DNA from: Eledone cirrhosa
Taxonomy: Eukaryota
Direction of reading: 5' to 3'
DNA length: 64,000 bases
Assembly: GCA_964016885.1 (NCBI GenBank)
Contig: OZ024745.1
Span: 132,618,001 to 132,682,000 of the forward strand
Made by a program: the position numbers and the translations under genes. How positions within the stretch are numbered: position 1 is the first letter of the stretch; every line of letters starts with the position of its first letter. Shown piece by piece: positions 15,453 to 30,110 of the stretch. The notes beneath the pieces are model-generated. The model was given only the letters and a program-made list of their open reading frames with translations, searched no databases and had not been told where the DNA came from.

Positions 15453-15662
15453 AATGGTTTCTGATTTAGGCACAATGCCAACAATTTTGCGGGAAGGGTG
15501 GAAGTCGATTAAATGGACGATACTGGTACTTTATTTTATCAACACCGTAAGGATGAAAGGCAAACGTAACCTCGGCGGGATTTGAACCCAGAACTTAAAA
15601 GACCGTAACTCTATGCTGCTCAGCAATGTGTCCGACACTCTACCGATACTGCCAATCCACTA
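15453..15662 (-). mobile_element. OK/OR-like SINE
   Basis: Reverse complement of the SINE consensus. Confidence 0.8.
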
Positions 15663-16011
15663 CTCAACACAATGGGACACAAATACTAAAACTGTTAGAT
15701 TTTCTTGTAAATCGAGAGAATTAACTTGTTGCCGAAGTAAACTCCACTGATCACCGTCCTTGTTCTTAGATACAGAATCAAGTTTAAATAAAAATGTTAA
15801 CATAGGCCCTGAATATGTATAGAATACCATACTAAACAAGGAATCTTTCTTATTCGTCTAAGACATTCGTTATAAGAAAAATCAAATTGATATGGAAACA
15901 GCTAGAGAAGGAACTGATTCATTAGGTCAAACACTGTGTTTGTAAATGTTTAATAACATTACTAACAATCTCAAAGCATTTTATTTAATATTAATGTGGA
16001 TAATCACAAAT

Positions 16012-16411
16012 AATGGTTTCTTATATAGGCTCAAGATCAGCAATTTGAAAGAGGGGAAAGTCGATTAAATCGACCGCAGTGCGTTACTGGTACTATATTT
16101 TATAGACCCCGTAAGGATGAAAGGCAAAGTTAACCTCGTTGGGATTTGAACTCAGATAATAAAGGGCCGTAACTCTATGCTGCAAAGCATGGTGTCCGAC
16201 TCTCTACTGATACTGCCTATCCCTGATAAACACAAATAATTGTTTCTACTTTTTGGCACAAGGCCAGCAATTATCCCAGTGTATTACTGGTACTTTATTT
16301 TATCGACCCCGTAAGGATGAAAGGCAAAGTTAACCTCGGCGGGATTTGAACTCAGAATAGCAAGGGCCGTAACTTTATGCGTCAAAGCATGGCGTCCGAC
16401 CCTTTACCGAT
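16012..16411 (-). mobile_element. Two tandem OK/OR-like SINEs
   Basis: Two successive copies at about 16012-16222 and 16238-16411. Confidence 0.85.
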
Positions 16412-17097
16412 ATATATTTCGAAATACAAACGTTGGACTGTATAAGATAGGATACCAGCGTCTCCTAGATATTGTTATTGACTCGGGGACTATAAAAGTT
16501 ATAATGAAGCGGTATCTACTTTCATCAATATATAAGTTAAGATATAATACAGGTTACTCTATTTCTAAATAAATTACAATTACTAATATTAGCATGTGAT
16601 TGTATGATCTTTATGCAATTATGTAGCTCTTTCAAACAATTATTAAAGATGACCAACAAAGAAATTCTCATATAATGTGAAATAGATGGCGGAGTAAGAC
16701 ATCGAATATCGAGAGACTAGCGGTATGGATGTTTTGTATTCATTGTCGAATGGTTTAATTAAAAATATACCAGACTACTTTGCTACAAATGAACATCAAT
16801 ATCACGATGAAATACATACACAGTTCACATAATTCAAACGTCGAGTTATTCACATGATCGCGTCATTTTAGCAAGAAAGGTGTGATGACTGAGGAAGATT
16901 TGGTTAGTTAATGTTGAAAGCAGAATGACACCATATGAGTTCAATGGCTAAAGAGAGAAACTGTTTTGTTGTTATAATTAACTGATATTATCTTTTAGGT
17001 AATTCAATTCCATACCACGTTGATGGAATTTTAGTGGCTGTTCTGTAATACTTTGTCATTAGATGGTGACAGCTCACAAAAACAATGTAATAAATGT

Positions 17098-17153
17098 CTT
17101 CTTCTTCTTCTTCTTCTTCTTCTTCTTCTTCTTCTTCTTCTTCTTCTTCTTCT
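17098..17153. repeat. (CTT)n microsatellite
   Basis: Seen directly. Confidence 0.95.
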
Positions 17154-17197
17154 TTGCCCACTTATTGATGAAAGGGTCGTGATATTGTAATAAATAA

Positions 17198-18490
17198 CAC
17201 TATGTAACGAAAACCTTACATTTTTTGTCTTTGGACTGCAACATTTTTGTAACTGACCTATTTTTCAACTTTGTGTAGCTGAAGTATAATTATATAGAAG
17301 TACTATAATTTTCTAGAAATTTCTATAACTTTCTAGAGGTTTCTAGAAGTTTCTAGAAGTTACAAAATATATTTGAGAAAATCTAAAATCTACATTATAT
17401 TCTAGACCGTCTTTAGGTATATGTGTAATTGTTATTACTAGCTACTTTCATTACAGATGGTATCAGGGGGTTGTAAGCATCAGGCAGAGGCATTATATTA
17501 TGTGTGTGGTGTATCAAGACAAGAGAATAAAAGTACTCTTTGACAACACCTGTTAAAATGTGTGAAGCCTACAAAGCTTCTTTTGGCATGACTGTTGGAA
17601 ATCAAGACAAAGTGTGGGCCCCACATTTCCCCTGTGAACTCTGCAAAAGAACGCTAGTAGGTCAGCTGAAATTTTTTGTTTGTGGAATGTTTAAGTGAAA
17701 AAAAGATTGGGATTTTGTTTTAAATGCAAGTTTATGCCTAACATTTATTTTATTCTTAACCAGGGTTATTAAAACTATATATAGCCTATCAACATTAATG
17801 GGTTTCGACAATTGCACATTTGTCTCAACTGAAATAATATTTACACTATATTTATATTTTGCTCTTCTACAGGATCACACAGAGGGGAATATAGAGTCAA
17901 GAAATTTGGAATCCCTCGAATTTGGAGAGAGCTATCTGACCACTCGAGCAATTAGTTCTTCTGTATGATGGGCCCTTCCACAAGACGAGCTGGCAAAAAT
18001 GCAACTGCTACCATATATCCAAACATTCTATCATCAATCGCCCCAGTGCCACACTGTCCTGAACTGTCCGTACCCACGCCTGCAAAGAAAGAGCAGCTGT
18101 CTTCAGATGAAAGCTGCAAACTAGATAAGGATGAAGTCATTGATTCAGATTAAAGAGGTGTATCTGAGGATCAAATCCCATATATACCTGAACCAAATAG
18201 GCCTCGATGACTTGACCAGAGACCTTGGTCTCACAAAATGTAAGTCAGAGCTTTTGACATGAAGACCTAAGCAGTGGAACTTGTTAGATCAAAGTGTTTA
18301 TGTCGTAAATCAGAGAAAGCGTCAACAGTCTTTCGCAAGCTCTTTTACTCGTGAAAATGGGTTTTGTTTCTGTCAAAATGTGACTGGTCTTTTATGTGAC
18401 AGTTGGAATCGCCTGTAACCCAGCAAGTGGTACCTCATCATCGACAGCTCATCCAGGATCCCCAAAGCAGTGTTGCTTCATAACGGAAAC
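17198..18490 (+). mobile_element. Chapaev3-like (CMC superfamily) DNA transposon, 5' part; decayed transposase with GT-AG intron 17661-17872
   Basis: TAA|CACTATGTAAC terminus; ATG at 17457; motifs QDKVWAPHFPCELC, FGIPRIWRELSDH..FFC, YPNILSSIAPVPHCPELSVP, WYLIIDSSSRIPKAVLLHNGN; stops and frameshifts. Family assignment is from recalled motifs. Confidence 0.75.
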
Positions 18491-19039
18491 GGGCAGGTAC
18501 ACAGCGGCACACTACCTCAGGTAAGAGGAAATATATCAATTATTACGGAATATCATCATAAACACGTAAGTTTGTTTATTTCGAACGAATTTGTCATTCA
18601 TGTGGGCGTCACGTAAAAGTCCTCACCAGTTTGTTGTGCTGGTTAATATCAGCCAAAATTGTCCTCTCTCAGATTCACGTTTCCTCTGTGTGTCGCTGTG
18701 TGTGCCTTCGTTTCCAGGTCTAACTAGCTACATTCGTAACGTATTGTACGACCTAGATATCGTACAATGCATCTGGAACAGTGTTGGCTATTTTGTCAGA
18801 CACTGTGATCGTCGTTAGTGGTCAAAGCTGTTGGTCTATTTAGACGTTTGATGGTCATTCAAATTTTGTACTTGTTGCCAATATTATAGGAGCCATGACA
18901 CATGAGATTTCCAACCTCTTCTTTTATTAAGTATATCATACATATATATATATGGGGGTTTGTGTGTGTGCGTGTGTGTGTGTGTGTAATATATAGTTAC
19001 CTGGGAAGATTTGTTTTTTTGTTTTCTCTTTTTTCTTTT

Positions 19040-20560
19040 TGCTGTTCTTTTATCTGTCCAATATTGGGGACCTAAAAGTCACTTCTTGAAGGTTTAAGGA
19101 ACTTTCCGTGGATAACGTTCCAATTTCATCTTTTTAGGATAAAATTCTGATTTTGATTCAAAGTCGTTTTCAAGGGTTATTCAATGGCTATTTCGCTTTC
19201 CACATAAATGACGTCACTTGCCAATATAGTATTTCAAGAAATCAATTTCGTTTTTGTATGAGATGTTTATTTTGTGTGCCTGTGGGTGTGTATTTTTATG
19301 TCAAGTACTGTGTGCTGACTTCTAATCTATTATTTATTTTTTGTGTGAGCAAGGTTTCCTTAATTCTTAAGTTGCTCACATTTCTATAACTGGCTTTAAT
19401 AGTAATGGTAATATGTTGGTTGATGTTTCTACGTTTGTCAATGTGCTTTTTATATGAGGATGCGTGTGTGTTGAGCTGTTCTTTAAATATGAGTGTGGAG
19501 TGCTCGAGTTGTGCTACCAATGTAGAACTCCTTACATTTGTTGCATTCAATACGGTATACCACATGTGTCCGCTGGAACATACCTGTATCGCGGATAGGG
19601 CAGTTGCTCAGCGAGCATTGGTTGCTGTTGTCTCTGGATTGCTTTTGAGACAGGTATCCACACAGTGAAGGGCTGGAGTGTGCTAATTGTATGACCAGTC
19701 CTTCTTTGTGGATGGATGTGCCGATAGCTTTGCGGACAGTTGTGGTTATGCTTCCGCTGAAATGTGGTACATTCATGAATCGGGTGTTAGAGGAGGTCTT
19801 ATGTCTGCGGCAACCTCGATTCTTAAGTCAATGTCTGTGGATGTTGGGTACCCATTCGTCATCAGTACATCTATGAAGTGTGCAGTGTAAGTAATCTGGT
19901 CCTCTGTCTTGCTACATTTATTCCGGATACGCGTAAGTTCATTTCTTATGTATCTGGTTTTAGCACCAAGGGGAAGGGCTGATCTATACTGCACACACAG
20001 GTCTCTGCTGGAAGTGTTCCTATAGAAGTTGGTGTATATGGCACCTTCTTCTGTTACTCTAAGCTGGAAGTCCAGCAGAGACAAGGGACCATTTTTACCG
20101 GGTTTTTCTGTGGTAAATCGTATGTTGTTATCTGTGTTTAAAAATACCGTAGATACTATGTCGGCCTTTTCATGGGATGATGTGAGGATGAGAATATCAT
20201 CTATGTATTGTGTGACGAAAACACAGTAGCCGCAGGTCTTGAGTGCTCGGCGTTCTAGTTGGTTAACATAGGTGATGGTTAGAAGGCCTGAAAGACTAAG
20301 CCTGTTGTTTGTTTGTATGTGATGTGGTAGAAAGTGAAATATATATTTTCTACAATGACGGATAGAAGCTGATGAATGTCTCGTGGAGTGAGTTCAAAAC
20401 AGTATATGTTGTATGAAATGATGCAGACAGTCACTGACTACTGGATGAGCGGGTACTGTCTTATAGAGAAGACAAGGTCTAGGCTAAAGGCATATCTGTT
20501 GAGTTTAAGTTGGTTAGGCTGTGTTTTGCGGGCAACAAAATTGGATCTAAACAGATCATG
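19040..20560 (-). mobile_element. Penelope-like element, decayed RT + GIY-YIG endonuclease + 3' region
   Basis: QYIDDILI (RT motif C), LLDFQL...LMTNGYP thumb, CSLSNCP...VVYRIECNKCKEFYIGSTTRAL (GIY-YIG). Confidence 0.9.
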
Positions 20561-20749
20561 AATTGAGTTTCAAAGAAGAATAACATATTGTCATGTGGAC
20601 CTAGCCTGTAGGAAACATGTGTAATCTCCATAGAAAATATTTGGAAAAGATAATTGATCCACAGCGATCCTAAATAAAGACCCTGAACTTCCTGAGTGTA
20701 ATCTTAAACTAATCATCTAGTTATCTGCTTGTCAGAGTGATAGAAATAT

Positions 20750-20958
<209 letters not shown>

Positions 20959-21549
20959 GGAGGGAGGTAAGGAGAGAGAATATGGTATGAAACAAGCCTG
21001 CTTTAGAGATTATGGTGACAGAGAACTGAACAAGGTGAAATTTGAAGAAAGTAATTAGAAGATATGCTTGTACAGCTGAGACAGGAAAGTATATGAAAGC
21101 CAATTAGACTGATCAAATGATCCATATATACCATAGCCGGGTGTACACCAAAGTCAGCATCACCATATATTGTACTTTATCACTTGGCTATATCACTGAT
21201 TCGCTACCTTGTGCTTTCTTCATTGCCTAGTCTGGTCCTCGTTTTGCTAGAGAATCTGTCGGAGGGCAAATATTATTGCGGAATTCTTCGTTACATTAAT
21301 TCGAGGGCAGTGTTTTGGCTATCTATGGTCACTGATGCTTGTCTGTATGTAAATATTACAATCACAACGCCCGATTATGCAGTAACTTTCTATAATGTTT
21401 ATATGTTTAGGTTTGGAAGAAAATGGGATGTTGCTACAACAATCACGGCCATTTCTTTACTTAAAAAGGAACGATCGACTTTCGTCAAATCGGACCGAGG
21501 AAACAATGTTGCCATTGGTCTTTACAATTGCTAATACTATCTACTGATC

Positions 21550-21685
21550 GCAAGCCCAGGTAGAAGGAGCAACGTGAAATAAAGTGTCTTGCTCAAGGAC
21601 ATAACGCAACGCCCGGTTCTGGAATCGAACTCACAACCTCACGATTGCGAATCCAGTTCTCTTCCAAATCAGCCACACGCCTTCA
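21550..21685 (-). mobile_element. Second tRNA-derived SINE family
   Basis: Reverse complement has ggttgtgagttcgattcc and tccttgagcaagacactttatttcacgttgctcc; related copies at 37408 and 54578. Confidence 0.75.
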
Positions 21686-21787
21686 CAATTCTTAAATAAA
21701 CTGATGTTTAGTAAAGAATTTTCCTTTCCTTTTATATCTGGCCGCTTTGGATGCTACATGCATTGTAGAGCAATGTGTGGGGGGAAT

Positions 21788-22165
21788 ATTGTTTGGGATA
21801 GAGGCCAGACAACATGGATTATTGATGGGATAGAGGCCAGACAACATGGATTATTGATGGGATAGAGGCCAGACAACATGGATTATTGCTTGGGATAGAG
21901 GCCAGACAACATGGATTATTCCTTGGGATAGAGGCCAGACAACATGGATTATTGATGGGATAGAGGCCAGACAACTTGGATTATTTTGGGGGATAGCGGC
22001 CAGTCAACATGGATTATTTTTCCAGGCAGCATGTATTATAGTTTGGGATAGAGGCCAGATAGCATGGATTATTGTTTGGGATAGAGGCCAGTGAACATGG
22101 ATTATTGCTTTGGATAGAGGCCAGACAGCATGGATTATTTGGGGGGATAGAGACCAGACAACATG
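21788..22165. repeat. 32-34-bp minisatellite, about 11-12 copies
   Basis: Unit gggatagaggccagacaacatggattattg(a/c)t. Confidence 0.92.
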
Positions 22166-22379
22166 GGTTCAAATAATCCAGGCTGGATTACATATTATTG
22201 CTTTGATTATTTTAATTTAATGACGTATTTACGAAAGGTGAGGTATATTTAAAAGTAGGAGAATTGTTAGGCATTAGTCAGGCAGGCCATAATGAAGTAT
22301 TTTCGGTTGACATATAAAAATTCGGAACAAATTATTCATGAATATTATTATCACTGACATCTCAACATATATTTATATA

Positions 22380-22666
<287 letters not shown>

Positions 22667-23029
22667 TATCGAGCCTCGTGAAATAAATACGTTTGTTTAT
22701 ATGTTATTATTGTGTATGCAAAAATATATGTACACGAATATATAATTTTATATATATTAAAATAACAGATTAAAGTTTAAGCAAAGAATCGCTGATTTCA
22801 CCCTTAACCGGATCTTCTGAAAGTAAAAATCAATCTGTGAACGCAGAAGTAAATATTTCGAAAAGGTTTACACACTATATATATATACACACATGATATA
22901 CACATATATACACACACACATATAGCGTCATAATGTCGTAATGCAGACACCAGGCATACAGACAGATATTATAAGGGTGAAACGTTATATTTATGTATCT
23001 ATCTAAAAAGAAAGACTAAGAATTATAGA

Positions 23030-23255
23030 GAGAGATCGCTAAATCGCCTAATGCGGTCTCTAGGGTATGGACAATTTGAAATATTGTTTGCTGAAAACAC
23101 TCACAGGACCATAAGGATTACATGTGTAAAGCATAACAAAAATTGGTTGGGTGGTTCTTAGGTTTTAGGGAGTCAGTCAGACAGACAGACAGACATACAG
23201 ACATACAGACAGGCATACAGACAGACAGACATTCTCTGTTTTAGATAAATAGATA
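23030..23255 (+). mobile_element. Possible non-autonomous Helitron-like element
   Basis: (ACAG)n near the 3' end followed by ...tagat, as in Lep1-type Helitron derivatives; resemblance only. Confidence 0.3.
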
Positions 23256-23589
23256 TCTATATAAAAGAAAGACAAAGAAACTAAGTTTAGTTGTATTAAT
23301 GGTCATTAAAAGAAATGAATACGAAGCTAAAAAGAGAACTGCGAGAGAGAAAAATTAGTATTTTTAGCATCTTCGGGGGCATCAATTTGTAACATGTTCA
23401 TCTCTGGTGCAATACAATTTCAGAATACCAAGTGTGGTCCGCATATTAAAAAGACGACAATATACACTGTGACATTAACATGAAAATCTAAATATATATT
23501 TAATTGCAATGATACAGCGAAGTATGAATACTTGCCAAATACCCAGGTCGGTTTCTAAATCAAAGCACGTTTAGCAACTATCTCTCTAT

Positions 23590-24765
<1,176 letters not shown>

Positions 24766-25114
24766 GCATATATGGAAATTTGTAGACAAAAATTATTAAA
24801 TAATATACATCTAATTAGCACTAAAATAAGTTTCAGGTTGTAACCTCGTTATAAAACATACGACTTTAGCAAATATTAGAAGTTGTTTATAACTTTCAGC
24901 CATTCATATATTCAGAACTCAGTGACCCGCGTGTATTTTCAAAGTGTTTCAAAATAAAATACAAATAATTTGGAAAATGTAATCATGAGTCTATCTTCTC
25001 AGGAATATCAAATAGGTCGTCAGTGTGGTCTAGCGTTTATCGTATTAGGAGATTACAAAAAAGATAGACAAAAAAAAGGATTCTATCTAAACTCGCTTAT
25101 ATATATATCTGCCC

Positions 25115-25145
<31 letters not shown>

Positions 25146-25194
25146 AAGGTTATATTTAGTTTGTTCGGATTCAATAAGCTAAAAATTTAGGGAA

Positions 25195-25372
25195 CTATCC
25201 AGGGAACTTCAACCGTTAAGGTTGTCTTTTTTCCGGGTATGTCAATATATATTTATAAAACAAATCTGTATTTTATTTGATGAAAGCGCACCATAATTTG
25301 CCGTGGTTGCTCTTGAAATATATCTAATAAAATTATTATGGTTTTATAAATATAGTTTCCATTTATTAATAT

Positions 25373-25376
<4 letters not shown>
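25195..25376 (+). mobile_element. Family D HHR element (core C3 changed to U)
   Basis: attttat-TTGATGA-aagcgcacc...gctctt-GAAA-tatatc-TA-ataaaat, then (TA)n. Confidence 0.7.
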
Positions 25377-25436
<60 letters not shown>

Positions 25437-25619
25437 GAAGACTGGAAGGTAATACCCGTAGTGGTAAAGCACTCAGTCCATGGGACGTGTTGATAGAAGT
25501 AGTAACGCAACAATTAGTTCACCATACCGAGAACAATTGTTATATATATATATATATTGTCTCTGCTGGTTTTCCAACTTAGGGTAACATACACCAATTT
25601 CTATAGTAACGCTGCCAGC

Positions 25620-26385
25620 TTTCCGTATCCGGAATAAATGTAGCAATATAGAGGACCGGATCACCCACACTGCACACTTCATAGATGTACTTAACACGAA
25701 CGGATACCTAATATCCACAGAGAATCGACTTAGGAATCGAAAGTGCCGTAGTCATAAGTCATCCTCTGACACCTGCTTCATGAAATTATCACATTTCAGC
25801 GAAAGCTTAACCCCAGCTGTCCGCAAAGAAGGACTGGAAAAGCAATTAACCCACCGCGGCCTTTCACTGCAATCCAGAGACAACACAGCAACCAATGATC
25901 GCTGAGCAACTGCCCTATCCGCGATACAGGTATGTTCCAGCGGACACATGTTGTATACCGTATTGAATGCAACAAATGTAAGGAGTTCTACATTGGTAGC
26001 ACGACTCGAGCTCTCCACACTCATATTTAAAGAACAGCTCAACACACGCATCCTCATATAAAAAGCACATTGACAAATGTAGAAACATCAACCAACATAT
26101 TACCATTACTATTAAAGCCAGTTATAGAAATGTGGGCAACTTAAGAATTAAGGAAACCTTGCTCACACAAAAATGAAAATTGATTTCTTGAAATACTATA
26201 TTGGCAAGGTCGTCATTATGTGGAAAGCGAAATAACCATCGAAAAACGCTTGAAAACAACTTCGTATCAAAATCAAAATTCCATCCTAAAAGGAGGAAAT
26301 TGGAACGTTATCCACTGAAAGTTCCTTAAACCTTTAAGAAGTGACTTTTAGGTCCCCGAATATTGGACGGATAAAAGAACAGCAT
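25620..26385 (+). mobile_element. Penelope-like element, 5'-truncated copy of the 19-20.5 kb family
   Basis: RIRNKCS...NGY, VYRIECNKCKEFYIGSTTRAL and the 3' region closely match the reverse complement of 19040-19930. Confidence 0.9.
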
Positions 26386-26926
26386 TAAAAAAAAAATAAT
26401 AAATAAATAAAACAATACAAAGATTATCAGGTAATTTTTACTTTTCGTTACCTCATCTTATAGCCCATCTTGCACTCTTACATCGTTATTGCCGTCATAA
26501 GAGAAAACTATCTTAATGATTAGTCACATAAACCATTTCTTACATTGGACATCAAAGAACATTTATCATAAGAGAAATCAAGAAAAAACAAGCTGAAAAC
26601 GTTTTTCCCGGCTTTTGTTAACTTCTTGAATTCTAACTTTCTTATTAATTCACTTACACCGTGTTAATGGCTGAAGGGTGAAAGAGGGATAATTAATGGA
26701 ATTTAAACTCAGATATTTATATTCCAGAATAAATAAAGTGTTAACAGTTGACAAAGCCGTCTCTCTAAGAATTAATTAATTAATGTAGAAACTATTAAGT
26801 GTAAATGTACATTTAACTAACTCGTGTTTAATGGATAATTCACTAAAATATTTCCTTATTTACATTCAGCTAAGTATATATTCAGACTAATTTACCTATA
26901 ATAAGGGGACAAATACTTACCCCCCC

Positions 26927-26974
<48 letters not shown>

Positions 26975-27705
26975 AAAGAGATGCATATATTTGTAGAATC
27001 AGATGAATAGTTAAAAGGAGAAAGTTTCAATCAATACAAAAAAAAAACATTAAACAAAAAGTCCGAAAGAAGAGAAAATATAGAAAACGTTAAAAATATT
27101 GGGTGAAGAAACGGGTGAAAAAAAAAACAAGGCGGAATTTATTAGGTTCTGCTATATTCTGCTATACTGGTTAGAGGTAAGATTAGATTAATATTTGAAT
27201 ATTTCTGTAGTATTACTGCTACTGAATACAAAATTTCAAATTTTATTTCCAAAATATCTCCTCCATCTTTTGGCTATATAATCAAAATAGTTCGGCGAAG
27301 AAACAAGTAAATCTCATTACAATATATTGTAATGTCCTTCCCATAATATAATTAGGGGGTTCTTTCTCAGTGAAAAAATGACTGAAAATATCATTAAGCT
27401 TAAACAAAAGATGGGTGAGTCGTTTTAGTTGTGACGATGAGATGAGAATCTGGTAGCAATAGAATTTGTAAGCAACTGCATGGTTATTAAGGGTTGTCAT
27501 TCGGCCTACCCCATAAACAAAGAAATGAGAACAAAAGAGTTTGGTAAATTAAGGCTGCTGATCACATTTAAAAAATTCAAGCCGAATGTTTATTTTAGTC
27601 GGAACTTTGAAAATGGCTAATTATATGTTTATAAATATCTTAAATAAATATTTGTTGGCATTGAAATTGATTTCTAATTAGTTCTACATAACAGAAACCG
27701 GGCTA

Positions 27706-28290
27706 AATATGAGAACAAGAGAGTTATGTATGAGATGAAAACAAGAGTGTTATATATATACCATGAATACATGAGAGTTATATATAAGATGAAAAACAAT
27801 AAAGTTATATATGGTATGAAAACAAGAGTGCTATATATAGTACGTAAACAAGATAGCTATATATACCATGTAAACCACACAGCTATATACACCATGAAAA
27901 AAAAAGAGAGCTATATATACCATGAAAACAAGAGAGCTATATATGGTATGAAAACAAGAGAGCAATATATGGTTTGTAAACAAGATAGCTATATATATAT
28001 ACCATGTAAACAAGATGGCTATATATACCATGAAATCAAGAGAGCTATATATGGTATGAAAACAAGAGAGCAATATATGGTTTGTAAACAAGATAGCTAT
28101 ATATATATACCATGTAAACAAGAGGGCTATATATACCATGAAAACAAGTGAGCTATATATGGTACGTAAAGAAGAGAGCTATATATCATATGATAACAAC
28201 AGAGGTATATATAATATGAAAACAAGAGATCTATATATAATATAATATGAAAACAAGAGAGCTATATACTATGAAAACAAGAGAGTTATT
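27706..28290. repeat. About 25-27-bp degenerate minisatellite
   Basis: atgaaaacaagagagctatatat(acc/ggt) repeated. Confidence 0.9.
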
Positions 28291-28619
28291 AATGTTTATT
28301 ACAGTCCTGTTTCCAGTTTATAATGTTTATCTAATTAGAATCACATCTCTATAATCTGTTATTTTGTAATGCGGTATTTTCTTTTACTCCTTAGAGTGTA
28401 TTCTTATTCCATATGAGTTCTGAATAGGTCTGTCAGTTTAGAGAGGTTGTTATTTAGCGGAGAATATGGTGGCACTACTCAATAGAATATGATAAAAAAG
28501 GCTTGAAAAAAACCCATTAACAATACACTAATAAATTTAAAATAGTGCAATATAGCTTTCCATGTTTTTTTGTATTTGTTATTAGCTTTTCATTTTATTT
28601 TATTTTATTTTATTTTTTA

Positions 28620-29175
28620 AGAAAGAAATAACAAAAAATCCGACAAAAAACCCAAGGATAGGTCCCCAAGCAAGTTGGGTGGGTAGCATCCATGAGCTTG
28701 GCTGGTATCACTTGGAAATGCAGGCGGTTCAGTTGAAAACGCTTGCTTGTGACCGACCCACACCTTCCTTTCCAAGTGAAACTTGAAAAGGTTGATTAGA
28801 GATTGACCGAAGAGAGAAGTGTATGTCTTCAGTCCTTTCAGCCTGGTCAACCATACAACCTCTTTCACTACCACCACCAAACAGTTGAAAATTGCTTTGC
28901 GATGGGATAATCTTCATTATGGATTTGGTTGATAGCCGGATCCGTTCTACTCATGACAACTGTTGTTCAACAAAACTCCACAAGTCAGTAATGCACCGAC
29001 ACTGGAGGGGTGCGTGCGGAACAGTTTTGTCACGCTGTGCATATCTCGGGCAGGTCCGTCTGACAGCACTTGTGTGCCTGCATATGTTATCTCGAAACAG
29101 CAGTGTTAGCCCGGTAGCACAGCCAGGCGAGGAATTTCTGGAAGAGCGGTCAGTACGACTTCGTCGACGCCCAGC
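28620..29175 (-). mobile_element. L1/Tx1-type LINE 3' fragment
   Basis: Homologous to 45655-46140; TCPRYAQRDKTVPHAPLQC...DLW zinc-knuckle remnant. Confidence 0.7.
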
Positions 29176-29179
29176 TCAC

Positions 29180-29425
29180 GCCATATTGATTACTTTACAG
29201 CTTAAAATATAATACAATACATAAAAACAAGAGGGTGTAGGACAGAAAAAAGGAGAGACACAAATAAAGATACAGTCACTGAGGAGGCCACAGTGCTGTG
29301 ACAATACATAAACAACCATTTGGTTATTGAGCCAACCAACCGGAAATTTATGATAAATTGAAGCGAAAAAAAAACAGACGTGTGTTTTCATTGGCAGCAT
29401 GACCCTCCCAAAGTATAACAACATA
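29180..29425 (+). mobile_element. Short (TA)n-tailed element with partial HHR-like motif
   Basis: 3' terminus atgaccctcccaaagtataac also at about 6967-6988 and 35293-35322 (-); tca-CTGAGGA...GAAA-tttatgataaa-t-tga. Confidence 0.45.
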
Positions 29426-29685
29426 TATATATATATACAAAATCGTCCTTTTTATTATATATAAATATATATATATATATATATGTAGATAAATCTACCA
29501 AGAGTTTACGGTAGTGTCCAATCCGTATGAAGAACTCAATGTATTCCGGATATCATGGAAAGAAGAGATGCAATGAAAAATCACTTTCGGTGAAAGATAA
29601 ACGGAATACAGAGTCAAGATAAAATATAAAAAAAATAATAATGAATAAAACAATGAAACAGTTCCTTATATTAAACAAAAAAAGT

Positions 29686-29838
29686 TCATTATTTAACGAT
29701 CGTTTCTAGGATATATATGTGTTAGAATTGGCATGCATATTCAACAGATCTATGTACAAAATTATACAAAATTATACAAACTATCAAGATTAAATATACA
29801 TACCAAACACACATATATGCCGTCTTCAGAAATAATCA
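29686..29838 (-). ncRNA. Type I hammerhead ribozyme (mirror copy, family E)
   Basis: Reverse complement of the 29836-29988 motif. Confidence 0.7.
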
Positions 29839-29988
29839 TTATTTCTGAAGACGGCATATATGTGTGTTTGGTATGTATATTTAATCTTGATAGTTTGTAT
29901 AATTTTGTATAATTTTGTACATAGATCTGTTGAATATGCATGCCAATTCTAACACATATATATCCTAGAAACGATCGTTAAATAATGA
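29836..29988 (+). ncRNA. Type I hammerhead ribozyme with about 116-nt stem II
   Basis: tcattattt-CTGAAGA-[stem II]-GAAA-cgatcg-TT-aaataatga: 9-bp stem I and palindromic stem III. Confidence 0.75.
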
Positions 29989-30046
29989 ACTTTTTTTGTT
30001 TAATATAAGGAACTGTTTCATTGTTTTATTCATTATTATTTTTTTA

Positions 30047-30110
<64 letters not shown>

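Larger units (their letters stand above)
29485..30055. mobile_element. Family E head-to-head palindromic element between (TA)n tracts
   Basis: Arms of about 215 bp are near-perfect reverse complements around apex 29837. Confidence 0.9.

Noticed and set aside
21788-22165. CRISPR-like appearance of roughly 33-bp repeats (also the 38-bp array)
   Set aside because: Contiguous tandem units without unique spacers; eukaryotic context; no cas genes.
22795-22825. Possible HHR in family A (minus: ttcagaagatccggttaagggtgaaatc)
   Set aside because: Core and stems too degenerate to call.
25896-25898. TGA at a Cys position of the PLE linker (selenocysteine, as in some Naiad PLEs?)
   Set aside because: The sister copy has TGC, this copy is otherwise disrupted, and no SECIS was identified; a point mutation is likelier.
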